Of a stretch of 64,000 bases of DNA, positions 48,421 through 59,034 are shown in pieces. The notes beneath the pieces were generated by a model. The model searched no databases. It was not told the origin of the DNA and saw only the letters and a program-made list of their open reading frames with translations. Numbering within the stretch: the stretch's first letter is position 1; every line of letters begins with the position of its first letter. Source of the stretch: Anaerolineae bacterium (GTDB taxonomy: Bacteria > Chloroflexota > Anaerolineae > Aggregatilineales > UBA3940); contig DAOTYF010000026.1 in the NCBI GenBank assembly GCA_034434995.1, positions 3,492 through 67,491 on the forward strand, written 5' to 3'. The translations under genes and the position numbers were made by a program.

Positions 48421-50505
48421 CTAATCGTCCTTTTTTGAGGCCAGGTAGGACTGTTTGGCCTTTAGTTCGTCAAGCGTCAGATGGCAGCGGATAAAATGGT
48501 CATGTTTATCGTCGTGCCAGGGAGGCGCTTCCTGCTCACAGATTGGCCCGATCTTGTGGGGGCAGCGCGTGTGGAAGGCGCAACCGGTCGGCTTCTCGCG
48601 CGGGCTTGGGATATCCCCTCCGAGGCGGATCGGGCCAGGCGGGCGCTGGGGGTCTGGTGAGGGAATGGCCGAAACCAGCGCTTCAGTATATGGATGCAAT
48701 GGTGGAGAGAACAAGTCCTGGGCGTAACCCACCTCGAATAGTTCGCCGAGGTACATGACAGCTACATAGTCAGCCAAATAGCTGACCACTGTCAGATCAT
48801 GCGAAATGAGCAGGTAGGAAGTTCCACGTTCTTCTTGTAGCTGGGCCAACAGATTCAGCACAGCCGATTGGACGGACACATCCAATGCCGAAACCGGCTC
48901 GTCGCAGAGGATAAGTGCAGGGTTGGATGCGAAAGCGCGGGCAATGGCAACACGTTGCTTCTCGCCACCGCTCAACTCTGGCGGATAACGATGGATGTAC
49001 TCCGGGCGCAGATTAACAGCCCGTAGCAGCCGTACTGCCTCCTGGTCTGCCTGGGAACGGCTGAGCCTTGCCAACGTAATCAAAGGACGGCGGATCGCCT
49101 GACCAACAGTAAGGTATGGATTCAGGGAATTGTGGGGGTCTTGAAAGATCATCTGAAGTTGAGCCAGCACCTCTCTGTCTCGATGGAGCACATCCCCCTG
49201 GATATTCATTCCCATTAACTCAATAGCGCCGCTTGTGCGTTCAATCAGCCCGATGATCACTCGTGAGAGGGTGGTTTTCCCGCTGCCGCTTTCACCGACC
49301 AGCCCGTAAGTACGCCCTTGGCGGATGCTGAGGCTAACGCGGTCAATTGCGCGTACGGGCGCTGGCCGAACACCATGTACCAGCTCGGTGAGTGTTCGGT
49401 GGATAGGAAAGTCCTTGCTCAGCTCCTTGACTCGCAGAAACACAGGCCGTTCTTCTATCTCGTTGGGCGTTGATGCCGAGGCAAGGCCAGCACTGTAGTC
49501 AGGCCGAAGGTTGCTGCTGGCGATCTCTGCCCAGTGGTGGCACCGGACCAGGCGTTGTTCCGCGACGGATTCGAGCGGCGGCCTGGCCGAGTGGCATATC
49601 TCAGTGGCTAATGGGCAACGAGGTGCGAAAACGCAACCTGGCGGGAGATCGGTGAATGAGGGGGGGTAGCCAGGAATATTCGCGAGAGCGCGCTGGTGCT
49701 TGGTCTGCCCAATGCGTGGGATGCTGTCCAACAGGCCAATGGTGTAGGGGTGGAGAGGGCGCATGAATAACTCCTGAACTGGAGCCTCCTCCATCACATC
49801 ACCGGCGTACATGACCGTTACCCGGTCGCAAATCTGGGCCACAACGCCTAAGTTGTGGGTTACATAGAGCGCGCTGGCCTCCTGTTCCCGAATCAAATCC
49901 TTCACAAGGTCGAGGATGGCAGCTTCGCTTGTCACGTCGAGGTTGGTTGTCGGCTCGTCGAGGATCAAAAGACGGGGGGAGGTGATGAGAGCCATTGCAA
50001 TGACGATGCGTTGCTGTTGCCCGCCGCTCAATTGATGGGGGTATCGGTCAATGATCCTTTCAGGATCAGGGAGCCGGACCCTCGTGAACGCCTCGACCAC
50101 GTGCGCTCGTGCCTTTGCGGCTCCCCACCCCCGGTGCAATCTGACAATCTCGGCCAACTGTTCTCCCACTCGGATGGAAGGATTCAGTGCCGCCTCGGGA
50201 TTCTGCGGGACAAATTTCAGGTGGGTAGCCCAAATCGGTCGCATCTCACGGGGCGTCTTGGCAACTAGGTTCTCTCCCAGGAATTCGATCAGACTGGCTG
50301 GGTCCGTGCGTCCATTGGGGGGCAGGTAGCGCATCACGGCAGAAGCAGCAGTGGACTTGCCTGAACCCGATTCGCCTACCAGCCCATGAATCTGGCCTGG
50401 CCCAAGCCCGATCCGGAAATCTCGCACGATTCGAATCCAATGCCGGCCTATCTCATAGTCGATGTTCAGGTTTTCGACCCGAAGTATGCTGTTTGAAGCG
50501 ATCAT
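48421..50505 (-). CDS. ABC transporter ATP-binding protein with two fused DppD/DppF-type ATPase domains
   Basis: 694 aa with two Walker A sites (GESGSGKST, GESGSGKTT), two signatures (LSGGQQQR, LSGGEKQR), and oligopeptide-type C-terminal extensions with Cys motifs. Confidence 0.9.
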   Translation of the reverse strand: MIASNSILRVENLNIDYEIGRHWIRIVRDFRIGLGPGQIHGLVGESGSGKSTAASAVMRYLPPNGRTDPASLIEFLGENLVAKTPREMRPIWATHLKFVPQNPEAALNPSIRVGEQLAEIVRLHRGWGAAKARAHVVEAFTRVRLPDPERIIDRYPHQLSGGQQQRIVIAMALITSPRLLILDEPTTNLDVTSEAAILDLVKDLIREQEASALYVTHNLGVVAQICDRVTVMYAGDVMEEAPVQELFMRPLHPYTIGLLDSIPRIGQTKHQRALANIPGYPPSFTDLPPGCVFAPRCPLATEICHSARPPLESVAEQRLVRCHHWAEIASSNLRPDYSAGLASASTPNEIEERPVFLRVKELSKDFPIHRTLTELVHGVRPAPVRAIDRVSLSIRQGRTYGLVGESGSGKTTLSRVIIGLIERTSGAIELMGMNIQGDVLHRDREVLAQLQMIFQDPHNSLNPYLTVGQAIRRPLITLARLSRSQADQEAVRLLRAVNLRPEYIHRYPPELSGGEKQRVAIARAFASNPALILCDEPVSALDVSVQSAVLNLLAQLQEERGTSYLLISHDLTVVSYLADYVAVMYLGELFEVGYAQDLFSPPLHPYTEALVSAIPSPDPQRPPGPIRLGGDIPSPREKPTGCAFHTRCPHKIGPICEQEAPPWHDDKHDHFIRCHLTLDELKAKQSYLASKKDD

Positions 50506-51440
50506 CAGCCGGCCCTCTCCCCCCTTTGAACGAGGCGTTTAATGCCATCTGACATGAGATTGACGCCTACAACAAGCAGAGCAATGGCTAAGGCCGGATA
50601 GTTCAGCGCCCAAGGAGTCAGATGGTATAGTCCACCCCTGTTCTCGTTGACCATCAGCCCCCAGTCGGGTGAAGGGGGGCGCGCCCCCGCGCCTAGGAAG
50701 CCCAGCGAGGCAACCAGGAAGATCGCGTAAGAGAAGCGGAGCGATGCCTCAACGACCAGGACAGGGGTTACGGACGGCAGGATCTCTGTGAACAGAATGT
50801 ACAGCCAAGGCTCGCCTCGAATCTGAGCCGCCCAGACAAATTCGCGTGTCTTAATATCCAGAGTGCTGCTCCGAACCACCCGTGCCACAATGGGCACGTA
50901 TACGAGGGCGATCACAATCAGCACGCTTTGATCAGCCAGCCTCGCTTGCCAGCTTCCCGGCGGTAGATCAAGGTTGCGGATGACGCCTAAAATGACCAGC
51001 GTGATCAACAGAGCAGGCATTGCCAAAACTGCGTCAATCAAGCGACCTGCGACCTCGTCAATGATTCCTCCCAAGTATCCGACGAGAAGACCGACGAAAG
51101 TTCCGAGGGCGACGGAGATGAGTGTGCCGAGACCGGCTGTAAGTAGGATGCCGCGTGCGCCGAGAAGAACCCGGCTGTACACATCGCGCCCCAGATAGTC
51201 CGTGCCGAAAGGGTACTTAGGGCTGGGCGGCTGGGCGGCGGGGTGGCTCTGGTCGTTGGCCGTGTAAGGCGCGAGTGCGGGGCCAAATAACGCTAGTAGC
51301 AGGAAGAGGAAGACGATCAATGTACCCACTGCCGATTGGGGCTGGCGTAACAACTCGCCGAGAAATCGCCATACCGATCTGGTCAGCGCTCTACCGGATG
51401 GCCAGCCGGGTGTGGGAAGCCTCTCCAGTTGTTGTGCCAT
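50505..51440 (-). CDS. ABC transporter permease, DppC/OppC type
   Basis: 311 aa. PFGTDYLGRDVYSRVLLGAR and the permease core are present. The stop abuts the ATPase start at 50505. Confidence 0.9.
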   Translation of the reverse strand: MAQQLERLPTPGWPSGRALTRSVWRFLGELLRQPQSAVGTLIVFLFLLLALFGPALAPYTANDQSHPAAQPPSPKYPFGTDYLGRDVYSRVLLGARGILLTAGLGTLISVALGTFVGLLVGYLGGIIDEVAGRLIDAVLAMPALLITLVILGVIRNLDLPPGSWQARLADQSVLIVIALVYVPIVARVVRSSTLDIKTREFVWAAQIRGEPWLYILFTEILPSVTPVLVVEASLRFSYAIFLVASLGFLGAGARPPSPDWGLMVNENRGGLYHLTPWALNYPALAIALLVVGVNLMSDGIKRLVQRGERAG

Positions 51441-51471
51441 CTATCCACGTGCCTCCCATCAACACAAAGGA

Positions 51472-51524
51472 GGGGCGGGGACTGGCCGTCCTCGCCCCTG
51501 TTCTGCCCCTGGGCAAAAGGGCAG
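51472..51524 (-). other. two intercistronic stem-loops after the substrate-binding-protein gene
   Basis: GGGGCGGGGAC-tggcc-GTCCTCGCCCC forms 11 bp with one mismatch (51472-51498), and CTGCCC...GGGCAG forms a second stem (51503-51524). On the minus strand the larger hairpin is followed by TCCTTTGTGTTG. Confidence 0.4.
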
Positions 51525-51538
51525 CGCAAACCGCGAGG

Positions 51539-53128
51539 CTATAGGGTGGCTCTGCGGAGGTTGGTCCGCCCAGCGAACGGATGCACTTCCAGCCCGCTCA
51601 CGGCCTGAGCCATAACGCCAAACTGCGCAAAGAAGTAGGGGATGATCACTGGGCCTCGTTCGATCAGGATGCGTTGGATTTCCCGATAGGCGTTTTGGCG
51701 TTCTTCCTCGTCAAGGGTCGAACCAGCCACTTCGATGTATTGGTCAAGCTCCTCGTCGCTGAAGTGAGCTTCATTCCAGACAGCCCCGGTCTTGTAAGCA
51801 ACGTCGAGGTAAAACTGAGGGGTCGGGCGTGAGCCCCAGGGTGTGATGCCCAGATCGACCTCCAGCCAGCCATTGTCCGCATAGTAGACAGCCTCTTCTT
51901 GTGGCTCAATCGTGACACGGATGCCTGCTTCCGCCCACTGGGCAGCCAGGGCTTGTGCCAGCGCCACACGATCCGGTAGATTGGGCACATAGAAGGTCAT
52001 GTCCAGCCCGTCCGGATAACCAGCAGCAGTGAGCAGCTCTCTGGCTGCAACCGGGTCGCGCTCTGGGGGAAGAAACTCCTCTGTATAGTAAGCGGCATAT
52101 AGTGGGCCGATAGGGGTGTCTCGCCCCAGCGCGCCAAAGCCAAGTTGCACGCGGTCGAAGATCGCCCGGCGATCCGTTGCCAGCTTGAAAGCGCGCCGCA
52201 CCCGTTCGTCGCTGCCAGGTTCGCGATCTGCGCGCAGCCGCACCAGATCGTGACCGTTAGTGGCGATGTCAATGGCGGTAAATGACTGGTCAGCGGAGAG
52301 GCTCAGGAAGGTTGGGTTGTCCATCCGCAGGACAACATCAACCGCACCATCACGTAGGGCATTAACGGCGGCCTCCGTATCGGCAAAAAAGATGAACTCC
52401 AACCGATCCACCCCCGGCGCGCCCCCCCAGTAATCCTGATGGGCAGAGAACACTGCACGATCTTCGGCAATGTACTCGTCCAACCGGAAAGGCCCCGTGC
52501 CGTTGAACTCGTTACCGATGTTCGGCGCATCCGCTTTGAGAATGACCGCATGGTTATCTGACAGGTTATAGAGAAAGTCGGGATTGGTTCTGTTCAGGTG
52601 GAAGACAACGCTGTTTCCCTCACCCGGCTCGATCCTCACGATGTCTGCATAGAGATCGGAGGTCGGACTTTCGCTCTCGGGATCGCGTAAGCGATCGAAA
52701 GTCCAGATGATGTCCTGGATGGTCAGGGCGCTCCCGTCATGGAATTTGGCGCCTTCGACAATCTGAAGAGTGTAGGTTAGGCCATCATCGCTGACATTCC
52801 ATGATGTTGCCAGACGTGGAACTAGTTCGGAGCGCGCGTTGGTATCAATCAAGTAATCGTACACTGCGTTGAGGAAGGCTATCTCTGTGTCAGCAGAAGC
52901 GCTCAGTGGATCCAGGGTTACAGGTGCGCCACCCCAGGCCACTCGCAAGGTCTTGAGTTGGCCCTCTGTCTTAGATTCCGTAGCAGGCGTTCCCCCCCCC
53001 TCCGGCTGGCGTGGCATACAGGAGACAACGGCGAATCCAGCGGCTCCCGCTACCATCACCTTCAAAAATACACGGCGCGAAGCCTGCACTGCCTCCATTA
53101 CGTTGGATGTATCAGGCTGCCCCTCCAT
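51539..53128 (-). CDS. ABC transporter substrate-binding protein, family 5 (peptide/nickel)
   Basis: 529 aa. A Tat-like/lipoprotein leader (SRRVFLKVMVAGAAGFAVVSC) is followed by SBP family-5 features (LDPL...., FHDGS.LT..D). Confidence 0.9.
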   Translation of the reverse strand: MEGQPDTSNVMEAVQASRRVFLKVMVAGAAGFAVVSCMPRQPEGGGTPATESKTEGQLKTLRVAWGGAPVTLDPLSASADTEIAFLNAVYDYLIDTNARSELVPRLATSWNVSDDGLTYTLQIVEGAKFHDGSALTIQDIIWTFDRLRDPESESPTSDLYADIVRIEPGEGNSVVFHLNRTNPDFLYNLSDNHAVILKADAPNIGNEFNGTGPFRLDEYIAEDRAVFSAHQDYWGGAPGVDRLEFIFFADTEAAVNALRDGAVDVVLRMDNPTFLSLSADQSFTAIDIATNGHDLVRLRADREPGSDERVRRAFKLATDRRAIFDRVQLGFGALGRDTPIGPLYAAYYTEEFLPPERDPVAARELLTAAGYPDGLDMTFYVPNLPDRVALAQALAAQWAEAGIRVTIEPQEEAVYYADNGWLEVDLGITPWGSRPTPQFYLDVAYKTGAVWNEAHFSDEELDQYIEVAGSTLDEEERQNAYREIQRILIERGPVIIPYFFAQFGVMAQAVSGLEVHPFAGRTNLRRATL

Positions 53129-53294
53129 GGCAAAGCCTCCTTATAGGCGAAGTGTGCCACATATCCTTCCGCAATATCGACGACATTGGATGACCGATCT
53201 TACTGATGCTCTCTGGTGCCTCGTTAGTTGGCGAGTATGGTGTGCCAAACCTTCATGGCAACGCGAAAGATGTGGCGGCTCCGAGCTGCTGATG

Positions 53295-54191
53295 TCACAT
53301 TCGCAGGGTCCAGACAGGAACCCGGTGATTGATAGGCACAAACCCTAGCTTCGCATACAAACGGCGAGAACGGAAGTTATCTTCCTGGGTGTTAACTGTC
53401 ACGACGTCGACTCCCTGTGAGGCAAATTGGCGCAGCAGGTCGCACACCAAAGCTTGCCCCAGACCCCGACCCTGCCAATTGGGCCGCACGGCCAGGCGGG
53501 CCAGATGGCCCGTGCCTGAGTGACAGGTGCAGAGCTGGTATGCGACGATCTGTCCTTCTAGTTCAATGAGCTTAAACATCGTTGCTTGCCGCGCTGCTGC
53601 CTCTACAACCCCGCGGTGATAGCGCCAGAGCGGATCGAAGGCGGATGCATCGACTTCCGCGATCTGATCAAGCTCATGTGGGCGCACATCACGAATGCCG
53701 CTGAAATCATCAGGAGGCACGTCGTTCCTTCGTATCCGCCGCTGCAGGGTAATGACAGCGTTGGTTGGTTGAAAACCCCATCGTGCAGCATAGCTCTCAA
53801 TCCACCGGTCCACTGCAAGCAAGCCAACGAGCGTGACCTTATTCGCTTGCAAATCCTGCTGCAGGTTTGCCCAGAGGGTATCGAGGGTGGGATCGTATTC
53901 CCTCATTCCCGCTGATACGGCAAATCGCACCCATGCCGCTTCACTGCTGTTGGGCAGAGTAGGCTCTGTACAAGCATATTGCAGGGTGGCGCCCAGCAAG
54001 GCTCCTATAGAGCCGTTCCGCCGCACAACCCAGCACCGGAGTTCAGGAGATGCCAGCCAATCTTCTGGCGTATGCCAGTCCAGGTGCATATGTTGATACG
54101 CTGCTCGAAGAAGCAAGCGAGCGACAGAGCGGCGATCAGCCATAGTCAGCGATGCCAGTGTTTCAGGCTTGCCCATTGACGTGTTCACCAT
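53295..54191 (-). CDS. GNAT-family N-acetyltransferase
   Basis: 298 aa. The acetyl-CoA binding motif is LAVRPNWQGRGLGQALVCDLL. The start is uncertain between 54191 and 54143. Confidence 0.75.
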   Translation of the reverse strand: MVNTSMGKPETLASLTMADRRSVARLLLRAAYQHMHLDWHTPEDWLASPELRCWVVRRNGSIGALLGATLQYACTEPTLPNSSEAAWVRFAVSAGMREYDPTLDTLWANLQQDLQANKVTLVGLLAVDRWIESYAARWGFQPTNAVITLQRRIRRNDVPPDDFSGIRDVRPHELDQIAEVDASAFDPLWRYHRGVVEAAARQATMFKLIELEGQIVAYQLCTCHSGTGHLARLAVRPNWQGRGLGQALVCDLLRQFASQGVDVVTVNTQEDNFRSRRLYAKLGFVPINHRVPVWTLRM

Positions 54192-54385
54192 AGGCTAAGA
54201 TAACCCCGATTGTATCAGGTGTTGCTGACTGATAGAAGTCACGCAGGTCGCGCTGCCATTTGGTTGGGCCAGCCACACTCTGATATTTTGCAAGAAAGTC
54301 GTATAATGATAGCACCCCTCTTCGGTGCTCACGATGGTGCAAATCTTCCCCGGAGGAAGAGAATTTTGTTTTGGGAGGCTCAGGC

Positions 54386-55012
54386 GTGCAAGATAGTTTA
54401 GAGCAGGTCGCATCCGAGATCCGAGCTTGTACCCAATGCCCACTCCACACGGCGCGTACTCATGTGGTCCCAGGCGAAGGCCCCGCCCATGCTCAGATCA
54501 TGTTCATTGGTGAGGGGCCTGGATTTCACGAAGATCAATCAGGCCGCCCTTTCGTAGGCGCGGCGGGCAACTTCCTGGTTGAGATGTTGGCCTTGATCGG
54601 TATGCGGCGCGAGGATGTGTTTATAACGAACGTTGTCAAATGCCGCCCACCTGGGAACAGAGACCCTGAGCAGGTTGAGGTAGACACCTGCACCAGGAAT
54701 TACTTGTTCAGGCAGATAGAGCTGATCGACCCCAAAGTGATCGTCACACTGGGGCGCTACAGCATGGCACTGTGGTTCCCTGCAGCGCGCATCTCACATA
54801 TTCATGGCAAGCCGCGCAAGGTTGGCAAGCGGCTGGTGATCCCGTTCTACCACCCTGCTGCTGCCTTACATCAACAGAGCTTGCGCGAGACGTTAATTGC
54901 GGATTTCAAAAGGCTGCCCCAATTCATCGCGGAGGTGGATGCCGGTCGAGGCGAAGCTGATGATAGTGATCAGGAACCCCCGCACGGGGCGCGCCAGCTC
55001 AGCCTTTTTTGA
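54386..55012 (+). CDS. uracil-DNA glycosylase, family 4
   Basis: CTQCPLH, the family-4 motifs FIGEGPGFHEDQSGRPFVGAAGNFL, and HPAAAL are present. GTG 54386 has GGGAGG 7 nt upstream; the track start is TTG 54371. Confidence 0.85.
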   Translation: MQDSLEQVASEIRACTQCPLHTARTHVVPGEGPAHAQIMFIGEGPGFHEDQSGRPFVGAAGNFLVEMLALIGMRREDVFITNVVKCRPPGNRDPEQVEVDTCTRNYLFRQIELIDPKVIVTLGRYSMALWFPAARISHIHGKPRKVGKRLVIPFYHPAAALHQQSLRETLIADFKRLPQFIAEVDAGRGEADDSDQEPPHGARQLSLF

Positions 55013-55034
55013 TCGCCATATTAGGAGAACCGTT

Positions 55035-55202
55035 ATGCCCAAGCGATACGAGACAGGCGACGTGCACGCACCGGTTGAAGATGTCGATGTGCCGCTCAGT
55101 CTGAAGGTGCTGGTAGTTTCGATGTTCTCCATTTTGATCGGCGCAGCCATCGCTCTTACTCTGGCTGCCAACCAGCTTGGTTTGCTAAACGCTGCCAGAT
55201 AA
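55035..55202 (+). CDS. small hypothetical membrane protein (55 aa)
   Basis: AGGAG lies 7 nt before ATG 55035, 22 nt after the UDG stop. The protein MPKRYETGDVHAPVEDVDVPLSLKVLVVSMFSILIGAAIALTLAANQLGLL has one clear TM helix. Confidence 0.45.
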   Translation: MPKRYETGDVHAPVEDVDVPLSLKVLVVSMFSILIGAAIALTLAANQLGLLNAAR

Positions 55203-55411
55203 ATGGGCAGCCGCGCCCGTTCAGTGGGAAGGGAGCCGGGCAGGGCAGAAACCGTTCCCCCCCCACCGAGCATGGCAGCTTGGCGGCAAGATGATCAGCC
55301 CCAGTTGCTTGAGGGTCTGCACTCCACTTCGCTCACCGCGAATTTTGACGAACGCCTGGCTGCTTGCAAGACGGAGAGAGATTCGGGGTTATAGCTCACT
55401 ATCGGCGTCTT

Positions 55412-55810
55412 TCACTCATCTGGCCCGTGAATCTCACCATCAACCACATTGCCTCCTGCCGGCAGATTCGACCGGGTCGCACCCAGTTCTCGTTGGTATT
55501 CCCGCACAATGTCGGGTGGGCAGGCTTCAATGAATAGGCCAAGAGCGAGGAGCAGGATGCCAATATCATCTAATGCACCAAGGGGAGCCAGCGGTCCCAT
55601 TGCAAGCGCGGGAGCCAGATCGAGGGGTGAGATCGTATAGCCTACAGCCAGGAGCGGGATCAGTTTTGGGAGGAAGCTGACTCGCCTGTCCCATATAAGT
55701 TTCCAGGTTAAAACAGCGCGCTCATAGAGTGCCCGGAACGTGCTCACACGCTGTGAGGGATGCAGCTCCGCTGGTACTTGGTGACGTTGATCGGGCAGCA
55801 AATTGGGCAT
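55412..55810 (-). CDS. DUF1232 (YkvA-like) membrane protein
   Basis: From ATG 55810 (GAGG upstream): ...KLIPLLAVGYTISPLDLAP...PLGALDDIGILLLAL, which is the DUF1232 signature. Confidence 0.7.
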   Translation of the reverse strand: MPNLLPDQRHQVPAELHPSQRVSTFRALYERAVLTWKLIWDRRVSFLPKLIPLLAVGYTISPLDLAPALAMGPLAPLGALDDIGILLLALGLFIEACPPDIVREYQRELGATRSNLPAGGNVVDGEIHGPDE

Positions 55811-55963
55811 AGGAGCCTCGTCGTGAATGTGTACAATCTGGGAGAGAGTATAGGGAAGCTCAGGCAGACTTACAAATGACCGGGGACCACGATACATAAG
55901 CGAATCGGAACATTTGTGCGATCTGGTGGGAAGCTCTCCCCTGATGTGGTACAATATTTGCTT

Positions 55964-56980
55964 ATGGTAGCTGAGAGAATCACCACGCCGACACCCCCCG
56001 TCGGCGTTATTGAGTCACTTTCCCAGGGTTTTGAAACCACAGCCAGTCGCTTAGGATTGTTGGTTCTACCGCTGCTGCTTGACCTGTTCTTGTGGCTAGG
56101 GCCGCGCGTCTCTTACCTGCACTACTATCGCGATATCTGGGCTCCCAGGGTCATTGAGTCTGGACAAGAGATGCCTGGATTCGGGACTGAACTATCCTCC
56201 GCCGTGGAAGAGGTCGTGGCGCAATTACCTGCCGCCCAGTATCTACCGATCATCGGTCTGCCGAGTCTCCTGGCGGCCCAAGAAGCCGGGTCGCCGCCTT
56301 TGGGTTACACCCCACCGGTTTGGACCGTCCAATCAACAGCGGGGCTGTTGGCGACTTATGCCTTGGCCCTCTCCGCTGGGGCTGTATTGGGCTGCCTCTA
56401 CCTGATGCTCATCGGGCAGCAAGTGGGAGAGGGGCAGGTGAAATTGGTGCGGGCTGTGCTGCAATTGCCAGCAGTGCTTTGCCAGGTGGCTGTACTGCTC
56501 TTGATCGAGGGGGTATTGGCTGCGGTCGTGATGACCCCCTTCGTGTTGCTGGCGATGGGGTTGGGCCTGTTTGCGGGTTGGCCGCTGATGGACGTGACTC
56601 TGCGGATTGGCCTGGTAATCGTCCTGTGGTTAAGCATGTTTAGTGTCTTCACTCTCCACGGTTTGCTGATGAACAGGCGCGGCCTGTTTGGAGCCTTGTG
56701 GGATAGCGTGCGCGTTGTTCAATGGAATATGTCTTCCACTCTATTTCTGATCATCATTGTAGTTATTCTGAATTGGGCTCTTCAGCAACTTTTCCTCCTT
56801 TCCGATACCAGCACCTGGGTTACCCTAGCAGCGATCCCTGCTCACGCCTTTGCGATCACGGCTCTGGTTACTGCGACGTTTGTCTTCTACAAGGATCGAT
56901 ATCGCTACTGGAAAGAGCTGCGCGACGAGTTGCTGGCGGAACTGGAACGGCGACGCGCTCAGGATCGGACACAGACCTGA
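55964..56980 (+). CDS. hypothetical polytopic membrane protein
   Basis: About 338 aa from ATG 55964 with 6-7 TM helices and a charged C-terminal tail. I do not recognise a family. Confidence 0.6.
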   Translation: MVAERITTPTPPVGVIESLSQGFETTASRLGLLVLPLLLDLFLWLGPRVSYLHYYRDIWAPRVIESGQEMPGFGTELSSAVEEVVAQLPAAQYLPIIGLPSLLAAQEAGSPPLGYTPPVWTVQSTAGLLATYALALSAGAVLGCLYLMLIGQQVGEGQVKLVRAVLQLPAVLCQVAVLLLIEGVLAAVVMTPFVLLAMGLGLFAGWPLMDVTLRIGLVIVLWLSMFSVFTLHGLLMNRRGLFGALWDSVRVVQWNMSSTLFLIIIVVILNWALQQLFLLSDTSTWVTLAAIPAHAFAITALVTATFVFYKDRYRYWKELRDELLAELERRRAQDRTQT

Positions 56981-57042
56981 GCGACCGCTCATTTTGCTTG
57001 CGCTGAGGATGGGGTGATGCAGCAAATTCTGAGGAGAGCGTG

Positions 57043-58986
57043 ATGGCGCGTAATCGGCAACAGGGGCAGCAGCCCACTCGCTACGACGAGTCCACCATTC
57101 AGCACCTGAGCGGCCTTGAAGCGGTGCGCCGACGCCCCGGCATGTACGTAGGGGGCACGGACACCAAAGCGCTCCATCATCTGGTTTACGAGGTTGTTGA
57201 TAACTCGATTGACGAGGCGTTGGCGGGTGCCTGCACTTCCATCCAGGTGATCATTCATAAGAATGGAGCCGTCACCGTATCGGATAACGGGCGCGGTATC
57301 CCTGTCGGCATTCACCCGACCGAGGGCATCTCAACCCTTCAACTGGTCATGACCGAGCTTCATGCAGGCGGTAAGTTTGGCGATGGGGGCTACAAAGTAT
57401 CCGGCGGCCTGCATGGGGTCGGTGTGTCTGCGGTGAATGCCCTTTCGGTTGGACTGGAAGCTGAGGTGAGGAGGGATGGCTACATCTGGCGCCAACGCTA
57501 TGAGCGCGGAACGCCCATCACCAAGGTCGAGCGCCTCGGGCCGACGGAGGAGACAGGAACCCGGATCACATTCCTGCCTGATCCAGAGATATTCCCCGAT
57601 ACGGAGTTCAAGTTTGAGGCCCTGGCGAACCGATTCCGTGAGATGGCGTTTGTGACGCGGGGTGTCAATATTCATCTGATCGATGAGCGCACTGGGCCAT
57701 TCCCACGCGAGATCACGTTTTACTTCGAAGGGGGCATCCTCTCGTTTGTCCGCTACCTGAACCGCAACCGGAGGGCATTGCATGATGTCGTCTACGCCAG
57801 CCGCGTATATGAGGTTGAGGAACTGAAGGGCGAACGTGTTGAGGTTGAGATTGCCATCCAGTATGCGGACTATTACTCCGAGTCGATCCTGGCGTTTGCC
57901 AACACCATCAACACACCGGATGGGGGAACTCATCTTGAAGGATTGCGGGCAGCCTTAACCCGCGCAATCAACTTCTACGCCCGCAAATCAGGTGTGTTGA
58001 AGGACAGCGATCAGAACTTCACTGGCGACGATACATATGAGGGTCTGACTGCTATCGTCAGCATCAAGCACCCTAACCCGCAGTTTGAGAGTCAAACCAA
58101 GGTCAAGCTGATGAACGCAGAAGTCAAGGGGCTGGTGCAGTCGCTGGTGACGGAGGCGTTCGGCGAGTTCTTGCAACGGGATAGCCGGGGGGCCAAAGCG
58201 ATCTATGAGAAATGCCTGATCTCCTCGCGTGCACGAATTGCCTCTAAGCGTGCACGTGACCTCATCCGGAGCAGCCCATTACAGAGCACAACCCTGCCAG
58301 GCAAACTTGCCGATTGTTCCTCGTCCGATCCGCTCGAATCGGAACTGTATATCGTGGAGGGCGATAGTGCGGGCGGAAGCGCCAAGCAGGGACGCGACCG
58401 GCACTTCCAGGCGATCCTGCCCCTACGTGGCAAGATTCTAAATACCGAGCGTGCTCGTTTGGATAAGGTGCTGGAAAATAGGGAAGTTCAAGCGCTGATC
58501 TCAGCCCTCGGTGTGGGGATTGGGGATGAGTTTGATCTCTCCCGATTACGTTATGGGCGGGTGATCATCATGACCGATGCGGATGTAGACGGCGCGCACA
58601 TTCGCACCCTGCTGTTGACTTTCTTCTTCCGGTATATGCCGGAGCTGATCGAGGGGGGGCACCTATTCATCGCTCAGCCACCATTGTACCTTATCAAGCA
58701 CAAGAAGCAGAACTATTACGCCTACTCCGAGGCGGAGAAAGAAGAGTTGCTGCAAGGGCTGGATGGAAACGTCGAGATTCAGCGTTACAAGGGCCTCGGC
58801 GAGATGAATCCGGGTCAGCTATGGGAAACCACGATGGACCCGGCGAACCGCATTCTGCTGCAGGTGACGATTGAGGATGCTGCCGCAGCCGATCGCACCT
58901 TCGACATGCTGATGGGCAGCAGCGTCCCTCCCCGTCGCAAGTTCATCCAGACCCATGCCCGGAGTGTCCGCAATCTCGACATCTAG
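57043..58986 (+). CDS. gyrB: DNA gyrase subunit B
   Basis: [25 protein letters not shown], the GHKL motifs [34 protein letters not shown] and PLRGKILN are present. GAGGAG lies 6 nt upstream of ATG 57043. Confidence 0.97.
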   Translation: MARNRQQGQQPTRYDESTIQHLSGLEAVRRRPGMYVGGTDTKALHHLVYEVVDNSIDEALAGACTSIQVIIHKNGAVTVSDNGRGIPVGIHPTEGISTLQLVMTELHAGGKFGDGGYKVSGGLHGVGVSAVNALSVGLEAEVRRDGYIWRQRYERGTPITKVERLGPTEETGTRITFLPDPEIFPDTEFKFEALANRFREMAFVTRGVNIHLIDERTGPFPREITFYFEGGILSFVRYLNRNRRALHDVVYASRVYEVEELKGERVEVEIAIQYADYYSESILAFANTINTPDGGTHLEGLRAALTRAINFYARKSGVLKDSDQNFTGDDTYEGLTAIVSIKHPNPQFESQTKVKLMNAEVKGLVQSLVTEAFGEFLQRDSRGAKAIYEKCLISSRARIASKRARDLIRSSPLQSTTLPGKLADCSSSDPLESELYIVEGDSAGGSAKQGRDRHFQAILPLRGKILNTERARLDKVLENREVQALISALGVGIGDEFDLSRLRYGRVIIMTDADVDGAHIRTLLLTFFFRYMPELIEGGHLFIAQPPLYLIKHKKQNYYAYSEAEKEELLQGLDGNVEIQRYKGLGEMNPGQLWETTMDPANRILLQVTIEDAAAADRTFDMLMGSSVPPRRKFIQTHARSVRNLDI

Positions 58987-59034
58987 GTTGTATGCTAACG
59001 CCTGGGGGCCTTTCGTAAGTAGGGGCAATCGACA

